Below, piece by piece: positions 9,169 through 17,918 of a DNA stretch of 34,032 nt (positions within the stretch are counted from its first letter, which is position 1; the number at the start of each line of letters is the position of its first letter). The notes beneath the pieces are model-generated. The model made no database searches and was not told the DNA's origin. It saw only the letters and a program-made list of their open reading frames with translations. The stretch is from contig JBGCFM010000018.1 of NCBI GenBank assembly GCA_045106895.1, positions 1 through 34,032 of the forward strand. The letters run 5' to 3'. Source of the stretch: Polyangiales bacterium (GTDB lineage: Bacteria; Myxococcota_A; Polyangia; Polyangiales; Houyiibacteriaceae). The position numbers were made by a program, and so were the translations under genes.

Positions 9169-11324
9169 TAGAGGCCTCCCAAGAAGTAGACGAGGTCCGC
9201 GAGCTCCGCGTCGCTCAGGGCACGCGTGTTCCCGTGACGGTTGCTCCCGTTGTGGTCTTCGAAGACCGCCGAGAGGCTCTGCGCGCGACCATCGCTTAGG
9301 TAGGGACCGTGCGTGCCGACGGAGAGAAGCGAGGGCGTGTCGAGGATCTCATCGCCAGCGCTGTCCGAAGGACCGGGTTCGGGGAAGAGCGCGCCTGCCG
9401 GGAGCTGCGCGAGATTGGTGAACGCGGGAAAGGAATGACAGGTGACACACTCCGCCTGGACGAAGACGTCGAGGCCTCGTCGCTCACGTTCCTCGTCTCG
9501 GTCGACGCGAGGGACAGGGCGACGCGGTAGCGCGCGAACGTAGGCCTCGATGTCTGCGCCGCGTCTCGCGTCGGAGCGGAGGTATCCACGGAAGAGCGTG
9601 CGTGCCAGGTGCTGGAGGTCACGGATGCGCGGATAGCTTCCGTCGCGAAGAAAGGGCGCCGTGTCCGCGAGGCCGCCGACTCCGAGCGTAGGCGCCAGGC
9701 GCTGTCCGCCGATGTTTCGCATCACGAAGTCCGTGTCGCCGTGGAGGTGGCACGATTGACAGCTGATGCCCGCGCGGGTTCCTTCGTAGAACGCGCGACG
9801 GCCCCTCCGTCGTGGTGAGTCTTCGCCTTCGTCGCCAGTCGCGACAACGCGCCACTCGTCGTCTCTCTCGCTTTGTTGCGTGGCGATGAGCCCCGCGGAG
9901 GGGGATGTCACCACGAGGTGTCCGCCCAAGCGTGTGATGCCCTCCGGCGCCGGAATGTCCGCGGTGGAGCGCATGTCCGGGAGCTCCCCGTCGCGTAGGG
10001 TCCATGTCTCGTCGCTGCCCGCAAAGGCCACGTAGAGCGCGTCGTCTTCCACGTGGAGCGCCATCGGGGAGAGCCCCCGGTCGACGTCGCCGGCGTTGCT
10101 CTGTCGCGGGCTACGTCGCGCGGTGATCTCTTGATCGGTGACACGCATGAGCTCGGTGTCGATGGTGAGGAGCTGGTCCTGCACAAAGTGATTGCCCAGG
10201 TGGGCCTCGCCGCTCGGCACGTAGTCCGTGGCGCTGATGACGACATGTGAGTCGTCCAGTCTCACCATGGTGACGGCGGGGCGCCCGAGGGGTAGAGCTG
10301 CGTCGTGCGTCCAAACGCCGGCGTTGCGACGGAAACGCCAGAGCTCCGCCGCGCGGCGCCGCGCGACGATGAGTGTGGTGGGCGTTGTGAAGGTGAGCCA
10401 GTCCACATCGGCGACATCGAGGGTAGCCTCGAGTTCCAGCGTCGAGGCGTTGCGGAGCGAAATGGACTGCGCGTGGGCGATGGCGAGGGTCTCTCCGAAG
10501 GAAGCGAGGCGCGTCGCGGGAGGGGACTCGAGGCGGCGAAGGACACGGCCGTCGGTGTCCATGACCCAAAGGGTGGGTCCAAACGCGTGGGCGACGGCAA
10601 TGCGTTCACCGTCCAAGAAGACGCAGTCCGACGGACCGTCGCCCACGTCGAAGGAGCGCACACGACCCTCGTCGTCGACGAGGTAGAGAGCGTCGGTTTC
10701 CAAGCTTGGGCTCGCCGCGAGGGTGCGGGACGGCGCAGTGCACAGACTGCGTGGCTGCGCGAGCGGGGCCACATAGTGAAGCGAGACAGACACGTGGGTG
10801 TCGTCCTCGCCGGTGATGATCTGCGCGAGGACGGGGCCATCGGATTCAGCGACTACGCCGTGCACGCGCGGGTCGTAGCTCACGCGGTAGAGGCCGTGGC
10901 CGAGCGGCACGCCGGGGAGGGTGGCACCGCGGGGGCCGAGGCGAACGCGCACGCTGGTTTCCGCGTCGAGGGCGACGTAGAAGGTTTGCGGATGATCGCC
11001 AAAGACCATCGAAGGCGCGATGGCAGGCAAACGAAGTCGAGCGCGGTCTTCCAGGTGTGCCGCGGCGCCGGCCCAGGTCTCGACATCAACCAGGCGCGCT
11101 CTGCCCATCACAGCGCCGACGAGAACAAGCGCGCTGAGAAGCATCAAGACGGCGCGCGAGAAACGAAGCGCCGGCACTTTGCCGAGGACAAACCAAGCGG
11201 CGAGGTAGCCGCCGAGAGCCCAGGCCGGCGCGCCAGCGCCCATGAACGCAGCCACGAGCCACGTGAGCGCCGCGATCACCAGCGTCGATGCCTGCACCGA
11301 CGCTTCGTCTTTCGCAGCGGGCAT
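9168..11324 (-). CDS. Membrane-anchored YncE-like beta-propeller fused to a di-heme cytochrome c domain (bCcP/MauG superfamily)
   Basis: N-terminal hydrophobic helices and propeller-like repeats (VGDGPSD, LGRP). CQSCH at 9747-9761 and CVTCH at 9435-9449. Family motifs TAPFLRDG, DTPSL...GPYLSDG and LSDAELADLVYFL. Start moved to ATG 11324, 2 nt after the upstream stop. Confidence 0.85.
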   Translation of the reverse strand: MPAAKDEASVQASTLVIAALTWLVAAFMGAGAPAWALGGYLAAWFVLGKVPALRFSRAVLMLLSALVLVGAVMGRARLVDVETWAGAAAHLEDRARLRLPAIAPSMVFGDHPQTFYVALDAETSVRVRLGPRGATLPGVPLGHGLYRVSYDPRVHGVVAESDGPVLAQIITGEDDTHVSVSLHYVAPLAQPRSLCTAPSRTLAASPSLETDALYLVDDEGRVRSFDVGDGPSDCVFLDGERIAVAHAFGPTLWVMDTDGRVLRRLESPPATRLASFGETLAIAHAQSISLRNASTLELEATLDVADVDWLTFTTPTTLIVARRRAAELWRFRRNAGVWTHDAALPLGRPAVTMVRLDDSHVVISATDYVPSGEAHLGNHFVQDQLLTIDTELMRVTDQEITARRSPRQSNAGDVDRGLSPMALHVEDDALYVAFAGSDETWTLRDGELPDMRSTADIPAPEGITRLGGHLVVTSPSAGLIATQQSERDDEWRVVATGDEGEDSPRRRGRRAFYEGTRAGISCQSCHLHGDTDFVMRNIGGQRLAPTLGVGGLADTAPFLRDGSYPRIRDLQHLARTLFRGYLRSDARRGADIEAYVRALPRRPVPRVDRDEERERRGLDVFVQAECVTCHSFPAFTNLAQLPAGALFPEPGPSDSAGDEILDTPSLLSVGTHGPYLSDGRAQSLSAVFEDHNGSNRHGNTRALSDAELADLVYFLGGL

Positions 11325-11326
11325 CG

Positions 11327-12721
11327 CTAGTTCCGGGCGCCGACGGTGCGCTGCCGGAGCGCAGCGGTGGCGGCCTCGGCGCTTGGGACAATGCACTCTC
11401 CATTCTGGAGGAGCACGCTCTCCCATTTCCAGTAGCCCGGGATGCGTCCCGCGACGGCGGGGTCGCGCTGCCAGTACCACATCTTGGCTTCACGCATTTC
11501 GACGGGGAAAGGATCGCTCGCCGCGGAGTAGTCATCGACCTGCAGGTAGAAGCGTGACGAAGTCTCGCCGGGGGCAGCGCGTGCTGCGTCGGCGATGGCC
11601 GAAGCGTGACCGTTCACGAACTCACGCAGGGCAGCGTGGGAGCGTTCCATGCACGCGATGGCCGCCTCGCTTGCCGACGCGCCCATGAGCGTCCCATCGA
11701 ACATTACGCCTTGCTCCGGGTAGAAGCCCCAGAGGATGTCCGCCGGATAGTTGGGCGACGCGTCACCGGCAAAGGGCCAGTACTCCGCGCCGCTGAGGCC
11801 TGCGCTCCCCGATGCGGCCTCCACGGTGAAGGTGGAGACGCCGGCGCGCGGGGCCTCACGACCGGTGAGGGACAGGTAGTCCAGCGCTCGTAAGTGGGAG
11901 AGCTCCACGTTGACGATGGCGAGGGTGTGGGCGCCGGGGTCGTAGGCGATGTAGTCCGCAGCGAGGGGCTGGCCCGAGCCATCCGAAATGGGCGAGGCGC
12001 TTCCGTCGGGGTCCACTCGTTGGACCGCGCCCGCTGCGTTGAGCACGACGTAGCGACCTTCATCGTCACGCACGAACTCTCGCACGACGCCGAGGTCCGT
12101 GGCCCATTCGTTGACCGCGCCGTTCGACAGAGACACGGACCAGAGTGATTCGCCACGCGCCACGACAAGCTGCTCGCCGGCGCGTTGCATATGGCTTGCG
12201 CCGAGGAGGGGCGCGCTTGTCTCCACCCGCCGAAGACCGTCGGGGCTCGCGAAGTGGAGCGCTCCTAGGCTCGAGACGATAAACGCGCTCTGTCCGTATC
12301 CGCTCGCAAACGCCGCGATGGAGCCGGCTTCGCTCGGTAGCTCCACGTGAAAGAGGCGAGCGCCATCGGTCTTGTACACATCGAGGTCTCGCCCTCGAAC
12401 CACCAGGACCTTGTCGTCGCCACTGGTGATGCGCGCGTCCGGATGAATCGCGAGACGGTAGGCGGCGATCTCAAGGCCATCTCCGCTTCGAATGACGCGA
12501 GGCGGGGCTGGCTCTTGCCCCGCGGCGAAGAAGAGGAGGTCTCCGCCGGGCAGCATCTCTAGGGCGCGAACGCCCATTGGCGTTTCTTTCTCCCATCGAA
12601 CCGCGGCGGCCTCGGAGCGCGCGGACTCGGACTCGGTGCTCGTGGCCGGAGCGACGACGACACGAGGAGAGCCGCAGGCGAGAGCGAGGGCGCCCAGGGA
12701 AGCGAGGCAGAAGCGAGACAT
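11327..12721 (-). CDS. Lipoprotein (464 aa) with a beta-propeller-like N-terminal region and a Trp-rich C-terminal domain
   Basis: Start reassigned to MSRFCLASLGALALA-C (lipobox). The longer ORF start at 13447 is antisense overlap with the 12860 gene. C-terminal MWYW and YWKW motifs lie between two Cys. Confidence 0.75.
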   Translation of the reverse strand: MSRFCLASLGALALACGSPRVVVAPATSTESESARSEAAAVRWEKETPMGVRALEMLPGGDLLFFAAGQEPAPPRVIRSGDGLEIAAYRLAIHPDARITSGDDKVLVVRGRDLDVYKTDGARLFHVELPSEAGSIAAFASGYGQSAFIVSSLGALHFASPDGLRRVETSAPLLGASHMQRAGEQLVVARGESLWSVSLSNGAVNEWATDLGVVREFVRDDEGRYVVLNAAGAVQRVDPDGSASPISDGSGQPLAADYIAYDPGAHTLAIVNVELSHLRALDYLSLTGREAPRAGVSTFTVEAASGSAGLSGAEYWPFAGDASPNYPADILWGFYPEQGVMFDGTLMGASASEAAIACMERSHAALREFVNGHASAIADAARAAPGETSSRFYLQVDDYSAASDPFPVEMREAKMWYWQRDPAVAGRIPGYWKWESVLLQNGECIVPSAEAATAALRQRTVGARN

Positions 12722-12859
12722 AGGCGTGAGAGTGGGACTGCCACGCGCGTGTTGCAAGAGAGCGTTGCAGTGACTCAATTGCCTCAACGTCGACGGACCG
12801 CTACCTTGCTCCAAATCGCGTGGATCCGACCACGGAGCAACAGATAGGTCTGAGACAAA

Positions 12860-13954
12860 ATGGTTCGCTTGTGGTTCTTGTTTGCCGCGCTCTTTCCTGT
12901 TCTCGCGTGCTCGGGTGATGATGGCGTCTCTTCCTGCCTGACCAACGCAGACTGTGCATCCGGGAGTTGTGTAAACGGGCGCTGTGTTCCCGCGATGGAA
13001 CGGCCAGACGCCACCGTCGACGCAGGTGTTGTTGACGCAGTCACGGTCGATGCGCATACGGACGCTGTACCCGCCTGCGTCCCTTGGACATGCGAGACAC
13101 TCGGCCAAACTTGCCGTGGCGCAAGCGATGGATGCGGCGGAACGCTCGAGTGTGGAACGCCAGGCTCGACGGTGCACTACCCCATCGAGTGGGGCGCCAC
13201 CCAATACGTGAACTGGAGTTTTGCCGATGGGGCGGCCCACGAACGCATCGAACACGAACTCTGTTTCGACGAGGTACCGTCTTCCGCGAACGGCTTTGGC
13301 CGCGGCATGTTCTTCCAGGTCTACGACGGCGCCATCGAAGGCCAGGGCTACTACGTCGGCTATCAAGACCGCGTCGCCGGCGTTGGCGCCATGCGGACGA
13401 ACTCCGGCGCGATCTTCACGAAGTTTGGCGATCGCGACGTCGACCACTTACGCCCTGGACCCATGGCCGTCGTCGTAGCCGATGAAAGTGAGGGCTTTGT
13501 CAGCCTTCGCATGGCACTTCCCCTTGAGGTGGGCTGCTACAACACGACGCTTCTTCGTGGAGCGCCGGACAACGGCGGAGATTGGGTCATCGTTCGCATC
13601 GAGGCCGGCGGAGTGGGCTACCAGCTTGGCGAGATCTGGTTCGAGCGCGGTGAGGCCGACACGCCGATTCGTCTTCCAAATAACGGAGGGAGCTGGGTGG
13701 AGTTCTTTGGCTTCGCCGGTCGCACGTCCGATGAAGTTCCGCGCTATGATCTTCGCATGAGCGTGCTGGGCGATGGGGCGCCGCCGACGTCCATGTTGGC
13801 CCGCTATCACCGCCTTGGCCCGGAAAACTCATCGTCGGAATACCTCGTTGAGAGCGACGAAGTACGTATGCTCCTGGGCGGCGACACATTTCGCTGCGTT
13901 CCTGGGACGCTGATGGGCGACTTCCGCGAGACGCGCTGGGATGTGTCCCGCTGA
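12860..13954 (+). CDS. Cys-rich lipoprotein with a beta-sandwich-like C-terminal domain (possibly DUF3472-like)
   Basis: Lipobox VLA-C, myxobacterial Cys modules (CLTNADCASGSCVNGRC; CVPWTC...DGCGGTLECG), DA-rich linker, aromatic/Gly-rich beta domain. The domain call is tentative. Confidence 0.7.
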   Translation: MVRLWFLFAALFPVLACSGDDGVSSCLTNADCASGSCVNGRCVPAMERPDATVDAGVVDAVTVDAHTDAVPACVPWTCETLGQTCRGASDGCGGTLECGTPGSTVHYPIEWGATQYVNWSFADGAAHERIEHELCFDEVPSSANGFGRGMFFQVYDGAIEGQGYYVGYQDRVAGVGAMRTNSGAIFTKFGDRDVDHLRPGPMAVVVADESEGFVSLRMALPLEVGCYNTTLLRGAPDNGGDWVIVRIEAGGVGYQLGEIWFERGEADTPIRLPNNGGSWVEFFGFAGRTSDEVPRYDLRMSVLGDGAPPTSMLARYHRLGPENSSSEYLVESDEVRMLLGGDTFRCVPGTLMGDFRETRWDVSR

Positions 13955-13984
13955 CCGGCGACGGCAACCTGCTAGGGTCCCTGC

Positions 13985-15361
13985 GTGAAGGCGCACTTTT
14001 CAGTTTTCGGTTTTCCTATTCGGGTCCAGCCTTTCTTCTTCATCATCCTCGTGATGTTCGCCCTTCCCCGGGGAGAGTTCACACGCGACGCGATGCTGCA
14101 AACGCTGATCTGGGTGAGCGTCGTCTTCGTGTCCATTCTCTGGCACGAGCTGGGCCACGCTTGGATGATGCGTCGTCATGGATACACGCCCTGGATCGAG
14201 CTCTATGGAATGGGCGGTCGCACGGGCTGGGGAAAGGGCCCGGGTTTTCCTTCGCCGAAGGTGCGCATCCTCGTCAGCCTCGCCGGTCCAGGCGCCGGGT
14301 TTCTCCTCGGCGGCGCCGTGTGGCTCTTGGCCCTCGCTCTGGCTGGGACGAACGACCTTCTCGATGTGGCGCTGGCATCTTTGCTCTGGGTCAACATCGG
14401 CTGGGGCCTGGTGAACCTCATCCCAATGCTGCCTTGGGATGGTGGCGCCGCCATGCACGGGGTCTTCGACGCGGCGATGAAAGGCAAGGGCCAGCGCGCC
14501 GCGGGCATCATGACTCTCGTCGTGGCCGCCATCTGTGGCAGCGCGCTGTGGATCTACCGGCCCGGAGACAACGGCTTCTGGTTGTGGTTCTTGCTGCTCA
14601 TCTCCGTGGAACGTGGCGTGCGCGCGTTGAGGTCGCCTCCTCCACAGCCAGAGGTCACGGAGGCCCCTCCAAAGTATGTCTACGCGGCGGTCCGCAAGTC
14701 CCTCGCGCGAAGCGAAGCGGAGACCTTGGTGCACACGATCCTCTCGCAGCGAAAGGAAGAACGCTGGCGAGGCCACGCGACCATCGTGCGTGCACACGCG
14801 GACACGCTCGATGATGGCCGCGCCGAGGCGCTGGAGGTGTCCGCCTGGGCGTTCCTGATGGCGGGGGACTCCGCCGGCGCGGCGGAGGCTGTCCGCGCGA
14901 TGCTCCCCGACCATGATCCGTCTGTTCCCCTCGCCGTGCTCATCGCCATCGACGAAGAGCGCTTCGAAGATGTCGTGACGCTCCGCGATGGACCCCAGGC
15001 GCACCTGCTACCTCCCCTCGCATTCGCCTACGCGCTTTGGGCTGGTGGGCACCACGACGACGCGTGGGCGTTGATGGGAGAGCGCGACTTCGGCCACGCG
15101 CTTGACGCCGCGCTCTTCTACCGAGGCCGCTTCGAAGACTCCGCCGCCCTCGCCGAACGCCTCTTCGACGCCTACGAGCACCCCAGCGATGCTTTCAACG
15201 CGGCGTGTTCCTACGCGCGCCTTGAAAAACAAGAGGAAGGCCTGCGTTGGCTGGAGCGCGCCGTGGACGGTGGCCTCAAAGCCGTGGAGCAGCTCGACGA
15301 AGACGAGGACCTGGAATACCTCCGTCGTTCGCCTGACTTCGCGCGCATCCGCAACAAGTGA
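13985..15361 (+). CDS. Site-2 protease (M50 family) with C-terminal TPR-like region
   Basis: HELGH zinc motif, VSLAGP and NLIPMLPWDGG. C-terminal FNAACSYARL...WLERAV...DEDL TPR-end motif. Confidence 0.9.
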   Translation: MKAHFSVFGFPIRVQPFFFIILVMFALPRGEFTRDAMLQTLIWVSVVFVSILWHELGHAWMMRRHGYTPWIELYGMGGRTGWGKGPGFPSPKVRILVSLAGPGAGFLLGGAVWLLALALAGTNDLLDVALASLLWVNIGWGLVNLIPMLPWDGGAAMHGVFDAAMKGKGQRAAGIMTLVVAAICGSALWIYRPGDNGFWLWFLLLISVERGVRALRSPPPQPEVTEAPPKYVYAAVRKSLARSEAETLVHTILSQRKEERWRGHATIVRAHADTLDDGRAEALEVSAWAFLMAGDSAGAAEAVRAMLPDHDPSVPLAVLIAIDEERFEDVVTLRDGPQAHLLPPLAFAYALWAGGHHDDAWALMGERDFGHALDAALFYRGRFEDSAALAERLFDAYEHPSDAFNAACSYARLEKQEEGLRWLERAVDGGLKAVEQLDEDEDLEYLRRSPDFARIRNK

Positions 15362-15452
15362 AGGGAGAGGCATCACTGATGGAAGCCTCCCCAAACATTC
15401 GCATGATAGATTCGCGGGCGTGCGTACCTACAAACCCGACTCCGAGGCCATC

Positions 15453-16268
15453 ATGGTCAAGACCGCGTCCCTCGATATGGCGACGTTGCGATGGGGAGAG
15501 AGCGGGCCATTGGTCGTCTTGGTCCATGGGTTTCCAGACACCGCGCGCACGTGGGATGCCCTCGGCCCACGCATCGCCGCCGAAGGCTTCCGCGTCGTCG
15601 CGCCCTTCACCCGTGGATATGCACCCAGCTCCGTGCCCGCTGATGGCAAGTACGATTCGGACACGCTCGCGGGTGACCTGGTCGAACTACTCGACGCCCT
15701 CGGCGAACAGAAGGCAATCCTCGTCGGTCACGACTGGGGAGCAAGCGCGTGTCTCGGTGCGGCGGCGCTTTTTCCGGAGCGCGTTGAACGACTCGCGACA
15801 CTTGCGATCCCTCACCCGGCGGTGATGAAACCCACGCTCGGGCTTCTGTGGGGCGCGCGTCACTTCATCGCCTACAAGCTACCCGGAGCGACCAAACGTT
15901 TTGCGAAGAATGACTTCGCCGCTCTCGAGGCCATCTACAAGCGATGGTCCCCTGCCTTTGATTGGCCGGCCTCTGAATTCGCGTCTGCGAAGAACAGCTT
16001 TACTTCACCGGGCTGCCTCGATGCGGCGTTCGGATACTACCGTGCCCTCTCCCCGAAGCTCCCGTTAGGGATGCGAAAGAAGATCACCGTGCCTAGCTTG
16101 GTCGTCGGCGGGGTGTCGGACCCCATCGCCTCCGCCGCGAACTTTGAAGCGAGCCGGCGCCGCTACACAGGTGACGTTCAGGTGGAGATGGTCCGCGGCG
16201 GCCACTTCCTCCACCGCGAATACCCGGATGACTTCTTCGAAGCGCTCCTCCCCTTCCTCAAGAACTAG
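15453..16268 (+). CDS. Alpha/beta hydrolase, epoxide hydrolase-like
   Basis: HGFP oxyanion motif, RGY, nucleophile GHDWG and catalytic GHFLHRE. ATG 15453 is preceded by GAGG. Confidence 0.9.
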   Translation: MVKTASLDMATLRWGESGPLVVLVHGFPDTARTWDALGPRIAAEGFRVVAPFTRGYAPSSVPADGKYDSDTLAGDLVELLDALGEQKAILVGHDWGASACLGAAALFPERVERLATLAIPHPAVMKPTLGLLWGARHFIAYKLPGATKRFAKNDFAALEAIYKRWSPAFDWPASEFASAKNSFTSPGCLDAAFGYYRALSPKLPLGMRKKITVPSLVVGGVSDPIASAANFEASRRRYTGDVQVEMVRGGHFLHREYPDDFFEALLPFLKN

Positions 16269-16278
16269 GGCCTAGCGT

Positions 16279-16779
16279 TTAGAGTTCGGCGAGCGTTGCG
16301 AGGACCTCGTCGACGTGCACGGCTGGGTCGACGTTCTCAAACACTCGGCGAATTACGCCGCTGCCATCGATGATGAACGTCGTGCGTGCGGCGAAACCTG
16401 CCGTGACGGCGACGCCATAGGACGCCGCGATGCTTCCATCTTCATCCGCGAGAAGCGAAAAGGGCAGCTGGTGCTCTTCGGCGAAAGTGCGATGCGACTC
16501 TACGCTGTCCGTGCTCACGCCCACAACTCGTGCGCCGGTGGCCTGAAGCCTGTCCCAGGCATCACGGAACGCGCACGCTTCCACCGTGCACCCAGGGGTT
16601 GCGTCGCGCGGGTAGAAGTAGAGCACGACGGGCGCGCCGCTCAAGGATGACAAGCTGACGACCTCCCCGCTCTGGTCCTGAGCGGAGAACTCCGCGGCCC
16701 GCTGGTGGGCCTCGGTAGGAGCTGCGTTCGCGCCGCATGCTGCGAGGAAGAAAACAAAGACGAGTGGAAGCCTGTTCAT
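16279..16779 (-). CDS. bcp: Peroxiredoxin BCP/PrxQ with a lipoprotein signal peptide
   Basis: YFYPRDATPGCTVEACAFRD (PxxxTxxC plus resolving Cys), GVSTD and RTTFIID. N-terminus MNRLPLVFVFFLAA-C. Confidence 0.9.
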   Translation of the reverse strand: MNRLPLVFVFFLAACGANAAPTEAHQRAAEFSAQDQSGEVVSLSSLSGAPVVLYFYPRDATPGCTVEACAFRDAWDRLQATGARVVGVSTDSVESHRTFAEEHQLPFSLLADEDGSIAASYGVAVTAGFAARTTFIIDGSGVIRRVFENVDPAVHVDEVLATLAEL

Positions 16780-16877
16780 AGCGCGGGGCTTAGGGTTCGC
16801 TCTTGTTCCTGTCCAGGCCTTCCCCACTTCGGGTTTGAGCGCTACAATGTCTGCAGGTTTCAAGCTACGATCAGCCG

Positions 16878-17900
16878 ATGAGGTACGTGCTCTTGTTCTG
16901 GATGGTCGCTGGTTGCGCCGTCGACCATACCGGTCTCGCTCCCTCGGAGCGACCGCTGCAGCCCGACGCCGCGCAGCCCGACGCCTCGATTCCGGATGCG
17001 GCACGACCCGATGCTGGATCGGACGGCGGACCGGGCGCTGGGCCAGACGCCGGACCACCTGAGTGTCCCGTCGGTTTCGAGAGAGACGGCGACGGGAACT
17101 GCGTGAACATTGACGATTGCGCACCGAACCCCTGTTTGAACGGCGGGTCCTGCGACGATGGCACCGAGGCATTCACGTGTACCTGTGCGCCGGGCTACGC
17201 CGGCAGCGTCTGCGGAACAAACATCGACGACTGCGCGCCGAATCCGTGCATGAACGGCGGCGTCTGCTCGGACGGAGTGGCGTCCTTCGAGTGCAGTTGC
17301 CCCGTCGAGTTTCGTGGGCCCACCTGCTCCATTGCGAATCCCGAAGGCCAGCTCGCATTCTACGACCCACTGGGTTCGCAGGGAGGCTTGAGCGCTCTCC
17401 CGCCGAGCGCTTCGGATCCGCGAGTCGTCGCCTCCGACTTGCAGAGCGAGAGCTATGGCGCTGCGTCCGGGTTCGGGAACAACAACCGCAAACCCGTGTT
17501 GATGTCCTCGGGTCCCCTCGACCTGAGTACCAGCTTCTATGTGACGGTGACGGTGACGCCGAGCGCAGCCATGGACTCCATCGCGCTCTCCAGGGTCACC
17601 TACTTCTACGCCAGCTACCAGACCGGGGCGACGGGGACTATCAGCGCGAGGACAAGCGCCGACGGCTTTGCGACCACCGTGGATTCCGTCGCGTGGACGG
17701 GAGCCTCAGCGGAACTCGTAAGTTTCGATTTGAGCAGCGTTCCTGTGACGAATGGTGCACTGGAAGTTCGTCTCTACATGCACGACCTTGTGAGCGGAGA
17801 TGGCGGAGGCCCTGCGTTCACGGACTGGGCAGACCTCGTTAGCACCGCGATGATGGCGGGTGACGGCATGCGGGTGTTCGGCCGCATCGTCTCGGAGTAG
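16878..17900 (+). CDS. Lipoprotein with two calcium-binding EGF-like repeats and a C-terminal beta domain
   Basis: Lipobox VAG-C and a PDA-repeat linker. Two 38-aa six-Cys repeats starting NIDDCAPNPC(L/M)NGG, visible in DNA with a 114-bp period (17106 vs 17220). Confidence 0.9.
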   Translation: MRYVLLFWMVAGCAVDHTGLAPSERPLQPDAAQPDASIPDAARPDAGSDGGPGAGPDAGPPECPVGFERDGDGNCVNIDDCAPNPCLNGGSCDDGTEAFTCTCAPGYAGSVCGTNIDDCAPNPCMNGGVCSDGVASFECSCPVEFRGPTCSIANPEGQLAFYDPLGSQGGLSALPPSASDPRVVASDLQSESYGAASGFGNNNRKPVLMSSGPLDLSTSFYVTVTVTPSAAMDSIALSRVTYFYASYQTGATGTISARTSADGFATTVDSVAWTGASAELVSFDLSSVPVTNGALEVRLYMHDLVSGDGGGPAFTDWADLVSTAMMAGDGMRVFGRIVSE

Positions 17901-17918
17901 GCACAGTCCGTTCCTGAG

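Noticed and set aside
12722..13447. N-terminal extension of the 706-aa minus-strand ORF
   Set aside because: Antisense shadow of the 12860 lipoprotein gene; a clear lipoprotein signal begins at 12721.
16955..17055. Repeated cccgacgc units
   Set aside because: They encode the PDA linker typical of myxobacterial lipoproteins.
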